Virus record (IMG/VR): IMGVR_UViG_3300043425_001634
Location: 1 to 64,000 of that record
Length of the DNA: 64,000 bases
Direction: 5' to 3' (one strand)
From: a virus
The notes below the pieces were generated by a model. The model was given only the letters and a program-made list of their open reading frames with translations, ran no database searches and was not told the DNA's origin. The position numbers were made by a program, and so were the translations under genes. Shown in pieces: positions 1 through 11,800 of the stretch; position 1 is the stretch's first letter, and every line of letters starts with the position of its first letter.

Positions 1-127
1 ATCGCGGTGGTGGATTCGGAGGCGATCGCGGTGGTGGATTCGGAGGCGATCGCGGTGGTGGATTCGGAGGCGATCGCGGTGGTGGATTCGGAGGCGATCG
101 CGGTGGTGGATTCGGAGGCGATCGCGG
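1..127. repeat. Perfect 24-nt tandem repeat (ATCGCGGTGGTGGATTCGGAGGCG)x5 plus partial, truncated by the window edge
   Basis: Directly visible. Each junction forms HIP1 GCGATCGC. Encodes (ASESTTAI)n on the minus strand. Confidence 0.97.
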
Positions 128-373
128 CAAATAAGGCATAAATTGCAGCACTCTTGATCCGAATGCCGATAAGAACCGGCTTAATTTTTGGGGATTCTAG
201 TAAAGCTGCATTTAATCCTAACTGAATTTCCAAGAACAACCGATCTAGGTGATCAAAAAAACTGGTTTTGTATTTAGCAGTGCCCTTGTACTTTTCAATC
301 AATAAATCAACACTGCCAACATTATTAACAGTGTTAACAAAATATTCCTTGTTGACCGTGATTGCCACTGCGC

Positions 374-435
374 CGGTATCAATGACGGTAGCGGTATCAA
401 TGACGGTAGCGCTATCAATGACAGTAGCGGTATCA
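374..435. repeat. 18-nt tandem repeat x3.5 (CGGTATCAATGACGGTAG)
   Basis: Visible repeat; encodes (TATVID)n in the minus-strand ORF. Confidence 0.9.
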
Positions 436-1125
436 TCGACAATCAAATGATTGTGGATCATCTCGATTAACATTTCCTTAGTCGGGGCCTTACCATCGAT
501 CTTACTGTAGATACCTAGCTCGATCGCCTGTCACTTTAACTCTGACTTAGTGGTAGTGGTAGTGTTCATATTTTCAAAACCGATCGCGGTTTCAGTGCTT
601 TTCATTGTTATACCTAATCAATTTAGGTTTGCCAATATTTAAAAAAATAACCCTAGAACCATTCCAAGGTTAAAAATTTTATCGTGCGATCGCTTTTTAT
701 TTATCCGACATTCCCAGAAAATCAGCTTTTTCCCCTTAGCAAATTTATAAACCTGAAATTCTAAATTTATAAAAGAATTATGGATTGCTAGACAAAAATA
801 GACGCCTTTACTAGGGAAAAACTGATCATATAGAAGTTGTTGTTATTTGGGATTGATTCAAGATGAAACATTGCAGATACCTATTGTGTTGTTGTCTACA
901 ATGACAACCTATCTGATTAATAAAGTCAACTACTGAGTTAACTATAATAACCGATGAATGGGTAAGTAAAAGTTATAGCATGATCTTTTTGGTTTTTTGG
1001 GGTGTTTTTTCTGTGGCGCTACCCCCCAGTCATCCCATTAGTCAAGTCCTTTAAACTTTAGTTGCAAATTGCCAACATGGGACAACAAGGAATAAAAATG
1101 CCGCTGACTATGCGGCATTTAGGAT

Positions 1126-1470
1126 TTATTGATCAAAAGTAAAGTCGCGAGACTGCTCGGTTTTGTCAATCAAATCACTGGTGACTCCATCAATGGTGAT
1201 CGCCGTCAGTCCGTTAGTCAAAGCGCCAAACAAAAAGTGAAACCAGTTAAAGTTGGCAGAACCCGACAGGACAAGACAGGCATAAACAATTATTGAGCAT
1301 TCAATCATTTGACAGTAAACACAGTGCAATAGCTCTAAAGAAACTTTGCCAATCAAGTCTCGAACAAACTGCGTCTTCTTGTAATCAAAGATTAGCCAGC
1401 GAAGCCCCAGCGAGTACAAGCAGAATACCACCCAAGATTCAATCATTTTAACTTTTGTGCCTCTTCCCAA
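1126..1470 (-). CDS. Small membrane protein with CxxC (DUF1360-like, possible holin-like); likely start ATG 1446
   Basis: Three hydrophobic segments and ELLHCVYC motif. Confidence 0.5.
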   Translation of the reverse strand: MGRGTKVKMIESWVVFCLYSLGLRWLIFDYKKTQFVRDLIGKVSLELLHCVYCQMIECSIIVYACLVLSGSANFNWFHFLFGALTNGLTAITIDGVTSDLIDKTEQSRDFTFDQ

Positions 1471-1524
1471 AGTCGTTCTAACTGCAAAAAGTTGATTTTA
1501 ACAGTTCCACCGTAATCGTCGGTA

Positions 1525-2037
1525 ATGATCAGCATATCTTCATCGTCCTTAGAAATAGCAGGGCAGCAGCGATTGCGACAAGGGGCGGTTGAATTATTTG
1601 GTTCAATCAAAGTATTTACCTCTATAATTAACTTAGCCCCTATTTTAGCAACTCAAATGACAATAATGCAAGTCGGAGAAACTTATTTAGACAGTTTAAA
1701 AATTTTAGTAAAAAATATTCAAGGAACCCTAAAAATAGATCCAGAGACTGGTAACTACACAAGATCGGGAACAGATATTTGGATTAAGGCATTGATCAAG
1801 CCAATGGGCGGGGAAAAAAACTATTCAGATCAGTCAGGGTACGATCCGTCCTTAGTTGGGTTTGAAGGTTGGTTAGTCGATCCACCAACTTTCCCTGTAC
1901 CCATTAGCTATCCGTTTAATACAAAAGGAATCTGGAGGGATAGCGAAGTAAAAATAATTTTAATGCCAGTATTGCAAAAAAGTTTATATGTGCTACAATA
2001 TAGTGGTACGGTGATTAAAGGAAATCTAAGCTTATGA
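1525..2037 (+). CDS. Putative head-closure / head-tail adaptor protein (true start probably downstream, MQVGET)
   Basis: First gene of an overlapping stop/start operon leading to the tape measure gene; beta-rich. Confidence 0.5.
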   Translation: MISISSSSLEIAGQQRLRQGAVELFGSIKVFTSIINLAPILATQMTIMQVGETYLDSLKILVKNIQGTLKIDPETGNYTRSGTDIWIKALIKPMGGEKNYSDQSGYDPSLVGFEGWLVDPPTFPVPISYPFNTKGIWRDSEVKIILMPVLQKSLYVLQYSGTVIKGNLSL

Positions 2038-2435
2038 TTCACGTTGACCGAGATAAAGTTGATACAATTAAACTCAAAATCAAAAATTGCTTTAATCGGA
2101 CAGTTGATGTCTTGGACAAAATGCAAGATCGAGTGATTCAAGATCCTTGGGAATTTGCCGATCTTGGTTTTTTGGATCAAGACATTGTTGACACGGGTCG
2201 CTTGCATAACTCTAAGATTGTCGAAACCGTAGATGAAGGCGATCTTGTTTTTGTCAGATATGTGTGGAATCCCATTAACCCAGAGGACGGTCGCGCCTAT
2301 GCAGGAGACGTTTTTCTGGGGTTCACTTCTTACGCGGGGAATTTTATCCCTGGTCGCGATTGGCCTAATAGATCAGAAGAAAAATTAAACACCCGTGAAC
2401 ACTTCGTGGAAACATTAAAAGCTGAATTTCAGTAA
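2034..2435 (+). CDS. HK97 gp10-like neck/tail component
   Basis: IVDTGRLHNS motif typical of HK97-gp10-like proteins; synteny. Confidence 0.65.
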   Translation: MIHVDRDKVDTIKLKIKNCFNRTVDVLDKMQDRVIQDPWEFADLGFLDQDIVDTGRLHNSKIVETVDEGDLVFVRYVWNPINPEDGRAYAGDVFLGFTSYAGNFIPGRDWPNRSEEKLNTREHFVETLKAEFQ

Positions 2436-2857
2436 TGGATAAATTGCCAATTATTAAAATCAGGCAAACTATACAAGATGGAATGAAAGGCCATCTTGGA
2501 ACTTATCGCTTTGTGACCGGGGAAGTTGCCCCAGCGATCGCAGTATTGAAATCTTACGATCAAGAATACCCTCCCGCTGGCACGTCTACCGAAGGCATCG
2601 AAGTCGTCTTGATGTTTCCCCAAGTCAAAGCGTCAACACTTCTAGGAGGCCATGACTTAAAGCTGACATGGTATTTATTTTTAAAACAGTGGGATTTTAA
2701 TGAATCAACCACAATGGCAGTTCAATCGCTGGTATCAGCGCTAAATGAATTGAATTTTCTTAAAGTAGAAAATATTTTTACAAATCCGTCAAATCGTGGC
2801 AAAAATCAGCCGGAAACTGTTAGAATAGAATTAAGCACTTATAGGTTCGTAGCATGA
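2435..2857 (+). CDS. Putative tail terminator/completion protein
   Basis: 140 aa, between the gp10-like gene and the tape measure gene; overlapping start/stop. Confidence 0.55.
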   Translation: MDKLPIIKIRQTIQDGMKGHLGTYRFVTGEVAPAIAVLKSYDQEYPPAGTSTEGIEVVLMFPQVKASTLLGGHDLKLTWYLFLKQWDFNESTTMAVQSLVSALNELNFLKVENIFTNPSNRGKNQPETVRIELSTYRFVA

Positions 2858-5800
2858 GCAATGTAGTAGGGTCGGTCGAATTTGACGTAAGGCTAAATTT
2901 TGATAGTTTTAATCAAGAGTTGAATCGGATTAAAAATCAAAAACTGCCGTGTATTCCTATTTGCATTGAACCACCTAAAAATTTAGCTCAAGATATACAA
3001 AAGCAAGTCAAGCAAGTATCCATACAAGAAAAAAAAGAGCAGACAAAATCCCAGAAAGGGGAAGATCAACAGACCAAAGAAAATATTGAGAAATTAAAAG
3101 AAGCTATAGAAAAAGCGACAGTCGCATTTTCTTCTGTTCGATCTGTCTCAGTTGGAACTCGGTCTACCCAGTCTTCATCGGGCGTAAGAAGTGAGAAGGG
3201 ATTTACTGGAGAAGAGGGTATTATTCTTGGAATAAAGTCTCTTAGGTTAGCGATTGAGCAAACCGCAGTATCGATAGGAGAAGGTATCGCTGTAGCACTT
3301 GAATCAACGGAATCAGTTCTAAGAGAATTGCTGCCTAAAGACAACATATTTAAAGCTGCGGGCAGAATAGTAAATCAAACAGCGGGAAACTTGATATCTG
3401 ATTCGATTACAGGGGGTGGTTCTGGCCCAAATAAAATAGGTGTATTAATTGGAAAAGGAGCAAAATTTGCAAATAATTCACCTGGATCTGAAAAATTCAA
3501 TAAAGACGTTGATACCGTAATACCTGGATTTAGCAAATTATTAAAATACCTTGAGTCATGGGATTCTTCGTCTAATTCTGTGTCAAAAGTAGGCGAGTCT
3601 GAACGTCTTGATGTGGCCATCATTGTTTCTCGGTCGCTAACTGATGCAGCAAACAGGATAGTTGAATCACTTGCAAACACAGAAAAAGAAATTAACTCAT
3701 TAGCTTCTGCACTGTCGAGTATTCCTTCTTTGTCTCTAGAGTCATTATCTCCTCAAAGAAACAACAGTCAAAACCCTTTGCTTATGGCGGCACAAATAGC
3801 AGGGGCGAATGTTGCGGCAGATGAGATAAAGAATATATTCAATCAAATATTTGGTCAGTTTTTCTCTAACGCGGTAAACAACACATCTGGCGTCATCAAA
3901 AATAAGATCCAAGAGGTTTTTGATGGTATCTTCTCAAAAGAGGCAAAAGAAGATAACTCCGTCATGGGCGCAATTAAAAATATTTCTGACGGATTATTTG
4001 CTGGAATTTCAGAAGAATCAGATGATTCTTCTATTGTTGTTCATCCTAATTTCAGTGAAAGCTATTCATTGATCTCTTATTTTCAAGAAATCACGCAAGT
4101 ATCAGATGATCTTGCAAGAAATCTACTGAAGTTAAATGAATCTATTATTGTAGTAAATGGCGCAAAAGAAGTTGATTCTTTTGGCGTAGCGACACAAGTA
4201 AATTATAAAAGCATAATGGAGGAAGGTGAAGCTTTTGTAGAAGAAAGACAGCGACATTATAATGAAATAAAAAATCAATCTGTTGACAATATTGATATAT
4301 GCCGCATCCATGAATTGACAGACAGTGGATACAATATAAAGCAAGGTCTAAGAAAAGCAAAAAAAAGCGATAATTCGTTACCCAAAGAAGAGCAATTGCT
4401 ATCATCTGGCAGTGAGTTCTATCAACGTTATATAGAAATCTTAAGAAAAATAGGCCAGTACGATACTTTAATCGTTAAAAAGTTAAGGGGAATAGATAAA
4501 GAAATTGATCAAGAAAGTAGTAATAAAATCTCTCAAATAGAATCTTTTACGGGTCAAAAAATATTACCGCAAAAAAAATCAGGCCAAAACATCGCTCAAG
4601 GGATAGCTGTTGGGATTGAAGATGGTAATGATTTACTAAAAGAAAGTGCAACTGCTGTATTTAATATTATAGATAAAACTATCAGAGACAAGTTTGATAT
4701 CAATTCACCGTCGGGTTGGGGAAAAATCGTCGGAGAAAATATAATAAAAGGTATATTAGAAGGTCTTAGAACCAACGATCTAGAAATGACCTTAAAAAAT
4801 TCTATAGGTGGAATTATTAATAGTGTAGATACAGGAATAGGAGGAGAAACACTTAACAACACAATAAGAGAATTATTGGGAATCTCCGCAGAAAAAATAC
4901 TTAGCGAAAACAAAGAAAGCCTTGACGATTTAGCTAAACAGGTTTACGAGTATGTATTAAGTCAAGACATGGATGGCGTTAGATCCAACTTCTTAAGATT
5001 TTTTAGTGGATCTTTTATTAATAATTCCCAAATAATGCAGGGAGATGGTCGAGTCATAGGCAATAAGGGCGGAATGGGAGAAGTTGCCGCAAGTTCCGCC
5101 GCTGGAGCAACGGAGAATGTGCTAGGAACCGATTCGGGCTTACAGTCGGAGATAGACAATCTTTTGTCAAGAAACAAAGGAGTGCTAAAAAGCGTAAGCA
5201 CTTTAATGGAAGTCGTCAGTTCTCTTTCTTCAATGGATTTAGGGAAAGAAGTTTCTCGTGATGTTATTGATGTTTTCAGAGACATACTGAGCGGAAAAAC
5301 GATAAAAGACAGTTTAAGTAGTAGCGAAATACTTCAAGAAGTAGCCGACATTTTAAAGCAAGCACAGCCAACAAATGAAGATGGAGTTAGGGAAAATTTA
5401 AAAAAACATTTACTAAAATCCCTAGAAGGTGCCAATGCAATCAGCCAGTCCTCTTTAGGGGATGATCACTTTATTTCTGTTTGGCTAAAGGCTTTTAATG
5501 ATACGTTTAACAGAACAGAAGAAACAGAGCGAGAGGATGGTCTGCCAAGCCTTGAAAATATATTATCAGAAGAACGTCCGGTTCATGTGAATCGATTTGA
5601 TGCCTGGAAAGAAAAGGCTAAAGAATATTTAATGAAAGCATCCCGGTATGCAAAAGCAGCAGCAAAAACATATTTTGATCAAACAGAATATCAAGGGCAC
5701 TTATTTAGTCTTTTCTTGGACGCAGCAGAAACTGTAAATAGCGAAATGCAAGGAATCTTTAATAGAGACGCATTTGCCAAAATGCCCGGTATTGAAGCTA

Positions 5801-8800
5801 AAATTCAACAACTGGAATCCGCCGTAGAAGAGCTAAAAAGACAAAAGGAAGTGTTGGAACAAGAGCAAAAAGAAATTGTTGACAAGATAAATGAATTGGA
5901 TGCAGCAAGAGACCAAATAATTGATTTCACGGCAGAAAAAGTAAAAGAATTAACAGAGCAATTAAATAATTATGCTTCAGATCCAATGGGAAATGCGGCA
6001 TCTCAACTGAAGTCACAAATAGAAGAAATTAATCAGGACGAATCGAATAAACTGCAAGAAATATTAGAAGAAAGGCAGCAGTTAATTGGGGGATTGAGTC
6101 AGGTTGAGCTAAATATTGCCAATATCTCAAGCGAAGAATCTCAACAAGAAAGCCGACTGAAAGATCAGTATAAAAGAAAAGAAAAGCAGGAAAATAGACA
6201 GGAAAATCCCTTTAACGCTGAAGCCTCTTATGAAGAAACCAGAAGAATAGAAAATGTATTTCAAGAACGGATACAACAATTTGACAATCTATTTCCTGGG
6301 GTAAAAGATTTCATGGTTCAAGGATTAGCTTTTCTTGGATCTATGGAAACTTTTCAGTCTATGCTTGGTCAGGCAGTTGATTTTGTTCAAGAAAGTTTAG
6401 AACAAGTGCTGGGTTTGCTGACAAACAGAGGCGTATTAAAAGGATTAACCTCTACAGGACAAGAATATCAAGACATTCAAACTTTTCTTGACAAGCAAAT
6501 TAATACTTTTAGCTTAGATCGCGCAACAACTGAATCGGGATTTAAGGGATTTTACGCTTCTGCTCAAGGAACAAGCATGGAAGGAGATCCCACTAAAAAA
6601 ATATTTGAAGGTATAACGCAAGCTTCTCGTGCATACAACTTGACCAGGGATCAACAAGAAGGGACTTTTTTAGCCTTAACTCAAATGATGTCACGAGGCA
6701 CTATTTCAATGGAAGAATTAAGGGGGCAGTTGTCCGAAAGACTTCCAGGAGCAATGGCGATCGCAGCAAGAGCGATGCAAATGACTCAAGGCGAACTCGT
6801 TGAGTTAGTCTCTAGTGGACAACTTGCAGCAAATATCTTTTTGCCTAAATTTGCACAGCAATTAAAAAATGAAACGGCTAATGCGGCGAAATCAGCCACA
6901 GGATCGCTTGCGTCAATTAGACAGGAATACGAAAATATTGTATTTAACTTTAGAGTAAAAGTCGTTGAAACCATAGAACCAGGATTAAAAGTTTTAGGCC
7001 GAGGATTTATTTTCTTGATAAATACAGCAAAAAAACTTGCTCCTTTAGTTGCTTTTATGGCAGGTACTATATTTTTAGGATCACTGGAAGGAATAGCCGG
7101 ATTCCTAAAAATTATCGCTGGACATATAGTAAGAATAGTTGGACTGGCGCCACTAATAGCTGCTGGTGCAGCAGGAATTGCAACACCATTTGTTGCTTTG
7201 TTGCCTCTTATGGCTCAAGTTTTTGAAATAAAGCAGTGGATAGGCTTATTCACGCTATATATTCCGATTATCACCACATTAATAGATGGTCTTAATACTA
7301 AAATTGAATTATTTGGTGTCACGCTGTATCAATCAGAATCAGATAAAGCATTAGAAAGAATAACTAATTCTGTTCAAGCGCTAAAACAAAGCTTAAACGA
7401 ATCAACTGAATCAGCAAATAAATTAGCAAATTCTACAGCAAATATTAAGTCAGTCAGCCCAATTGACGACAAATTAAGATGGGACAATAAAAATTCCCAA
7501 GAAGAAATACTTAAAGGAGAAATGAGTGCCATCAAAGACTTTGCCTACATTGGTGGTGCATTTGCTTTTGACCTTGTTCGGAGCGACTATCATGCCTATG
7601 ATCAGGAGATCCGCAGAGTTGCTCAAATCAAGAGAGGACAAGACGAAGCTTTATTTAGAGCAGGCAAAGCCGATGTTCCTACACAAAAAATACTTCGGTC
7701 TTCTCCAGAATTTATTGATGAATGGTATTACACCAGTCACGGAATAAATAATGTAGAAAAACCTAAATCAATGCGAATATACGATCGCATGACAAGTTTG
7801 ACTACATTTGGTAAATTTAATGATTTTAATCAACTCAACAGAAAATTATATAAAGGATTTGATAAATTTTTAACAAATTTTTTGAAAACGTTAGGAGGCC
7901 TGCCTGCTAAAGTTGCCGCTAGAAATGCGGCAATGGAAACTGGTGCATCCATTGCCGGAAGTGCTGTGAACGGGATTGGAATAGCAAGAACGGGAAGCTT
8001 TAGCCGTGGAGCTAGTCGCCTTGTAGGAAATATCCCAGGCATCAACTTGTTAGGTCGCACAGCGGCTTCTGTCGCTAAAGCGTTTGCTCCGCTTGGCAAT
8101 GCTGCCACTAAATTGTCTTCTAAGTTTCTTTTAGCTGGAGCATCTGTCGTTGGGCCGTTAGCCGATATAGCATTAATGGCAAAATCATTTGCTGTGGCTG
8201 CTCTTCCAACTTTAAGTGCTGTTCTAGTAGGCATGGTTCAATTTGCTGTGATCATAGGATTGGTTGCAGCCGCTGCACTTGCTTTCAACAAGACCGTAAG
8301 TTGGATGAAGGGTCAAGGAGGCAAAACTATTACCTGGACTCAAGTGCAAGAAGAATGGCGAATTAATGATAATGAAAAATTCAATAAACAATCAAACGTA
8401 ACTGTTGACGAAATATTAAAAACGATTGGTCAGTATCAAGGCAATGTGGGAATTTTAGCTGAAGCTGAAAACAAAAATCGCCAAATTCAATCGTTAACAG
8501 TTGAATCCGGTCGTCTTTCTGATGCTGATCCGCGCAAAGAAATCGTCAAAGGAGAGATTGCTCGATTAAATAGCACCAAAGCATTGGTTGACGAAAGAAT
8601 AAACAATCTCAGATCTGCCAACTTAGATGCAATAAAGCAATTAGAATCGCAGTTAGAAACCGAAAAAAATCCTCAACTTATTTCTAGTTTACAGACTCAG
8701 TTGAATCTAGTTAAAAAAGCTCAGACGATGCTAGAAGTAGCAGAAGCGGAAGCTTCCAATATGTCAGCAGTTAAAAGCTTTGCTGTGGCGTTGCGTAGTT

Positions 8801-11800
8801 TAAACAATCAGTTTGATTCAATCGCTGCAAGATTTGAAAATTATGCAACAAATCTTGATATTGATTTATCAGAAAAAGAAATTGCTGAATTTAGTAATCC
8901 TAATGCAAGATTTCTGTCTTCTCGTTTAGACGTAGACAGAAAAACTCAAGAGCAAGAAATAGCGCAGCAAAGATTGAGTGAGGAACAACAATCTGCAAAC
9001 TTAGCAAAAGAACAAATTACTTCACAAGCTGAGTTTGGCAACATTGAGCGCATCTTAAGAGCAGAAATAGGGGATCTTGGAATTGACGCAAGTGGAGCTA
9101 AAACTTTTGATGAAATGATTCAGTCTCTTTCTTCCGATCAAATTTCTGCGCTTAGGGAAAAGTTCACAGATGAAGCTATTAAACAAAATTTAGAATTAGT
9201 TGCATCTTACAGGGAAAAGCAATCACAAATACTAAGCGGAGAACAAGAATTAGCTGCAAAAACTATTGAATTAAAACGAGCTAAAGAAGCAGCCGAAATT
9301 GAAATTATTGAAAACACTTATGATCAAGCAGCAAATAAACTTAAGCTGGCAGCTACAGATGAAGAAGTGTTGATTCAAAGACAGTTGTTGAATCAAGAAA
9401 TTAATGAGCAAGAGTCTCAGTTAAGAATGAGGCAATTGGAAGAGGTTAACGCAGAAAAATCCATTAAACTGACAGAAAATAAAATCAAACAACTACAAGG
9501 ATCTCACAAAAAAGGAATTATCTCCACTGATGTCTACGCTGAAAAAATGCAAGGATTAGAACAGCAATTAGCCGATGAGCAAAAGCAATTAATAGAATCC
9601 AAAGTCGCCACACAAGAGGCTGTGCAGCAAAAAGTATTAGATGAAATGGAAAAAGCATTGCAAATAGCGACTGCCTTGATGGAGCAAAGACAAAATCAAC
9701 AAACTGCTATCATCAAAAAAGCACAGCTAGACAGAAAAATGACAGAATCTCAGGCTAATGAAGCATTGGCTAAATTAGCATCTGATCGAGCAAAGGCAGA
9801 AGTTACCATCAAAGAAAAACAGTTGATGGAACTAAGAAAGGCTCGCACAAAAGGTTATATTACGGAATCAGAGTTTGCCAGTCGGGAAAGAGATTTAGTT
9901 ACCGAACTTAGTGCCGCAAAGACTCAAGCATTAGAGGAAGAATTGGCGTTAAGGGAAGCGATCAAAGAAAGAATCCTTGACGAATTAGAACGCGCTAATG
10001 CTATGGCAGATGCCGCCATCAACAAAAAATCGTCAACTGCCAAACAAAATATTATTCAAACTCAAATTACGGAATATCAAACAAAAGGAGATCGCGTTGA
10101 TGCTCTTGCTAATCAGGATCAGCTAAAAGCGGACAGACAAGCGTTAGAGAAACAGCAAAAGCTTAAAGTTCAAGCTGTTGAAGCCAACAAGAAAATGCTC
10201 AATGATAATATCTTGAGCCAAGAGGAATATACGGATCGGCAAATTGCCGCAGAGCAAGAACTTGCCGATATCAAAATTCAGATACTGGAAAACACATTAG
10301 CCCAACAGAGAGAAGCTGCTAACTCAGCTACAGCGGAAATTGAACGTGCCGTTAGCGAGTCTCAGTCAAAAATTGATAAGTTGCAATCTCAGCGATCCGT
10401 CTCGATAAAAGAAGATCAGCTAAAAAAAGGATCATCTTCGCGTCGATTGGCCGCAACTACAGCGGAGATCGCTCAATCCGAATCAGAATTAATCGCAGTA
10501 CAAGAAAGACTTAAGGCGACAGAAAAGCAAGTCAGAGAAATCCAAGATGCCTACAACGAAGGAACCATTTCCCAGCAGACTTACTTTGAACAAATGACTG
10601 CGGCTGAACAATCTCTGGCTGAGTTAAAAGTGCAAAATTTTGAACAGCAAATTAGTCTTCAGGAGCAAATTGCTAACGCTGCATTGGAAGAGCTAGATCG
10701 GGTGATCCAAAAATCTGAGCAAGCTTTAGATAAAATCAATACCGATAGTCAGATTGAAATTCGCCAAACTGAACTTGGGCAAGTTCAGTCTTTAGGCGAA
10801 GAAAAAGCAGGGCAAAATGCCGAGGTTTCTACAAATAAATTAGAAAAAGAACAAACACTGGAGCGGATTCGCCAAGCGCAGATGGAATTGGCTGAAATAA
10901 GTCGTTTGAGAAGAGAAGAAATTATAGATGCGGAAACAGCAAATGATCATATTGCGGAAACCGAAACTAAGCTATCTCAATTAAAGCTTGACTTAATTGA
11001 GAATGAGATGAATGCCAAACAACTGGCTGCTGATGCGGCGATCGCTGAATTAGAAAAGGTCATACAAAAATCTGAGCAAGCTTTAGATAAAATCAATACC
11101 GATAGTCAGATTGAAATTCGCCAAACTGAACTTGGGCAAATTCAGTCTTTAGGCAAAGAAAAAGCAGGGCAAAATGCCGAGGTTTCTACAAATAAATTAG
11201 AAAAAGAACAAACACTGGAGCGGATTCGCCAAGCGCAGATGGAATTGGCTGAAATAAGTCGTTTGAGAAGAGAAGGAATTATAGATGCGGAAACAGCAAA
11301 TGATCATATTGCGGAAACCGAAACTAAGCTATCTCAATTAAAGCTTGACTTAATTGAGAATGAGATGAATGCCAGACAACTGGCTGCTGATGCGGCGATC
11401 ACTGAATTAGAAAAGGTCATACAAAAATCAGAACAAGCTTTAGAAAAAATAAATATTGAAGGCCAAACAAAAATTCGCCAAACTGAACTTGGGCAAATTC
11501 AGTCTTTAGGCGAAGAAAAAGCAGGGCAAAATGCCGAGGTTTCTACAAATAAACTAGAAAAAGAACAAACGCTGGAGCGGATTCGCCAAGCGCAGATGGA
11601 ATTGGCTGAAATTAAGCGTTTACAAGAACAGGGCATAGTAGACGCGGCAACGGCCAGTGAACGAATCACAGAAAGTGAAATTAAGCTATCTCAATTAAAG
11701 CTTGACTTAATTGAAAATGAGATGAATGCCAGACAACTGGCTGCTGATGCGGCGATCGCTGAATTAGAAAGAGTCCAGCAAGCCGCTAATTCAGCACTAG

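Larger units (their letters stand above)
1..605 (-). pseudogene. ORF with N-terminal HeH/Rho_N-like motif and S/T-rich repeats, interrupted by one in-frame TGA (531-533); runs off the left edge
   Basis: Hand translation from ATG 605: MKSTETAIGFENMNTTTTTKSELK*QAIELGIYSKIDGKAPTKEMLIEMIHNH...; the frame then stays open to position 1. Confidence 0.6.

Noticed and set aside
1-127. CRISPR array
   Set aside because: Units are head-to-tail with no spacers, in frame in a coding region, and no cas genes are present.
268-450. Plus-strand 60-aa ORF
   Set aside because: Shadow of the minus-strand repeat-containing ORF.
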